A DNA stretch of 6,620 nt, taken from the IMG/VR virus record IMGVR_UViG_3300005859_000085, positions 1 through 6,620 of that record, one strand, 5' to 3'. The notes under the pieces are model-generated. The model made no database searches. It saw only the letters and a program-made list of their open reading frames with translations, and was not told the DNA's origin. Below, in pieces: positions 6,022 to 6,620 of this stretch. Position numbers and translations under genes: made by a program. How positions within the stretch are numbered: position 1 is the first letter of the stretch; the number at the start of each line of letters is the position of its first letter.

Positions 6022-6038
6022 TTATGACAAATATAAAA
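6022..6038 (-). promoter_or_regulatory. TATA + GTC promoter of the membrane protein gene
   Basis: Minus strand TTTTATATTTGTCATAA, with TGTC beginning 32 nt upstream of the ATG at 5997. Confidence 0.75.
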
Positions 6039-6052
6039 GTATTTAATTTTTT

Positions 6053-6271
6053 TTATTTAGAAGACTTTGGTTTTTCTTCTAAATGTAATTCGTAATAAGC
6101 CTCAATTAATAGCTTTCTGAATTTTTCAAAATCTTCTTTAGTTTCTAGAACTAAAAATCTTTCACCGTCCTTATCTTCCACAATTTTTATAGCTTCTTCA
6201 AATACTTCCTTTACTTCGTCAAAATTGTCAAATTCTACAAAATTATCTTCTCCTTTTTTTACGTTTTTCAT
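6053..6271 (-). CDS. Small acidic hypothetical protein (72 aa)
   Basis: Intact E/D/K-rich ORF. A variant promoter TTTTAAAATTGTTAA lies at about 6288-6302, at leaderless spacing. Confidence 0.7.
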   Translation of the reverse strand: MKNVKKGEDNFVEFDNFDEVKEVFEEAIKIVEDKDGERFLVLETKEDFEKFRKLLIEAYYELHLEEKPKSSK

Positions 6272-6315
6272 AAATATATATTTTCAATTAACAATTTTAA
6301 AAACTTTATCTTGAA

Positions 6316-6615
6316 TTATGTAATTACATTTCTAACATTTCCACAAAATACAGTAATATTAAACATATTTCTATTATATCTCCAATTTATCTTTATATAT
6401 TCTGGTCTTTTGAAACTTTTAACTATATAATTTAAAATTCCAATTCCTCTTTTTTCATAAAATTCTTTCTTTACATTCATTACAATTTTTATAGTTATTA
6501 AATCATCTTCTTCTAAAACTAGAAAATCGTATACATTATCAGAGTAACGACTTTTTAACCATTTAAATATCTGGACTGTATATTTTCTACATTCAATAGT
6601 TACTAAATCTTCCAT
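6316..6615 (-). CDS. Hypothetical protein (99 aa; the true start might lie outside the window)
   Basis: Intact ORF co-oriented with its neighbours, with an alpha/beta-like pattern and no recognisable motif. Confidence 0.65.
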   Translation of the reverse strand: MEDLVTIECRKYTVQIFKWLKSRYSDNVYDFLVLEEDDLITIKIVMNVKKEFYEKRGIGILNYIVKSFKRPEYIKINWRYNRNMFNITVFCGNVRNVIT

Positions 6616-6620
6616 AGTTT

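Noticed and set aside
5467-6290. 15-nt direct repeat ATATATTTTCAATTA at 5467-5481 and 6276-6290
   Set aside because: Low complexity in very AT-rich intergenic DNA and at different positions relative to the promoters. It cannot be supported as functional without statistics.

Overview
Very AT-rich, gene-dense segment of an archaeal rod-shaped virus genome (Rudiviridae, SIRV/ARV-like, Sulfolobales host). Homologies are recognised from memory of these families and no database search was run. The window contains: the 5' part of a thyX thymidylate synthase missed by the ORF track; the rudiviral ssDNA-binding protein / AAA+ ATPase / Cas4-like nuclease cluster; an HUH Rep; the pyramid-forming egress protein (PVAP/P98-like); four ribbon-helix-helix (RHH) proteins, two of them (SvtR-like and its partner) missed by the ORF track; a dCTP deaminase/dUTPase; and four small accessory ORFs. 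Seven genes have a TATA + TGTCA rudiviral promoter. Less expected features are a recurring out-of-frame start codon exactly 10 nt upstream of several genes, a 22-bp perfect palindrome whose arm recurs on the other side of the SSB-ATPase-Cas4 cluster, PVAP placed head-to-head with svtR and tail-to-tail with rep, and a dcd/dut + thyX dTMP pathway.
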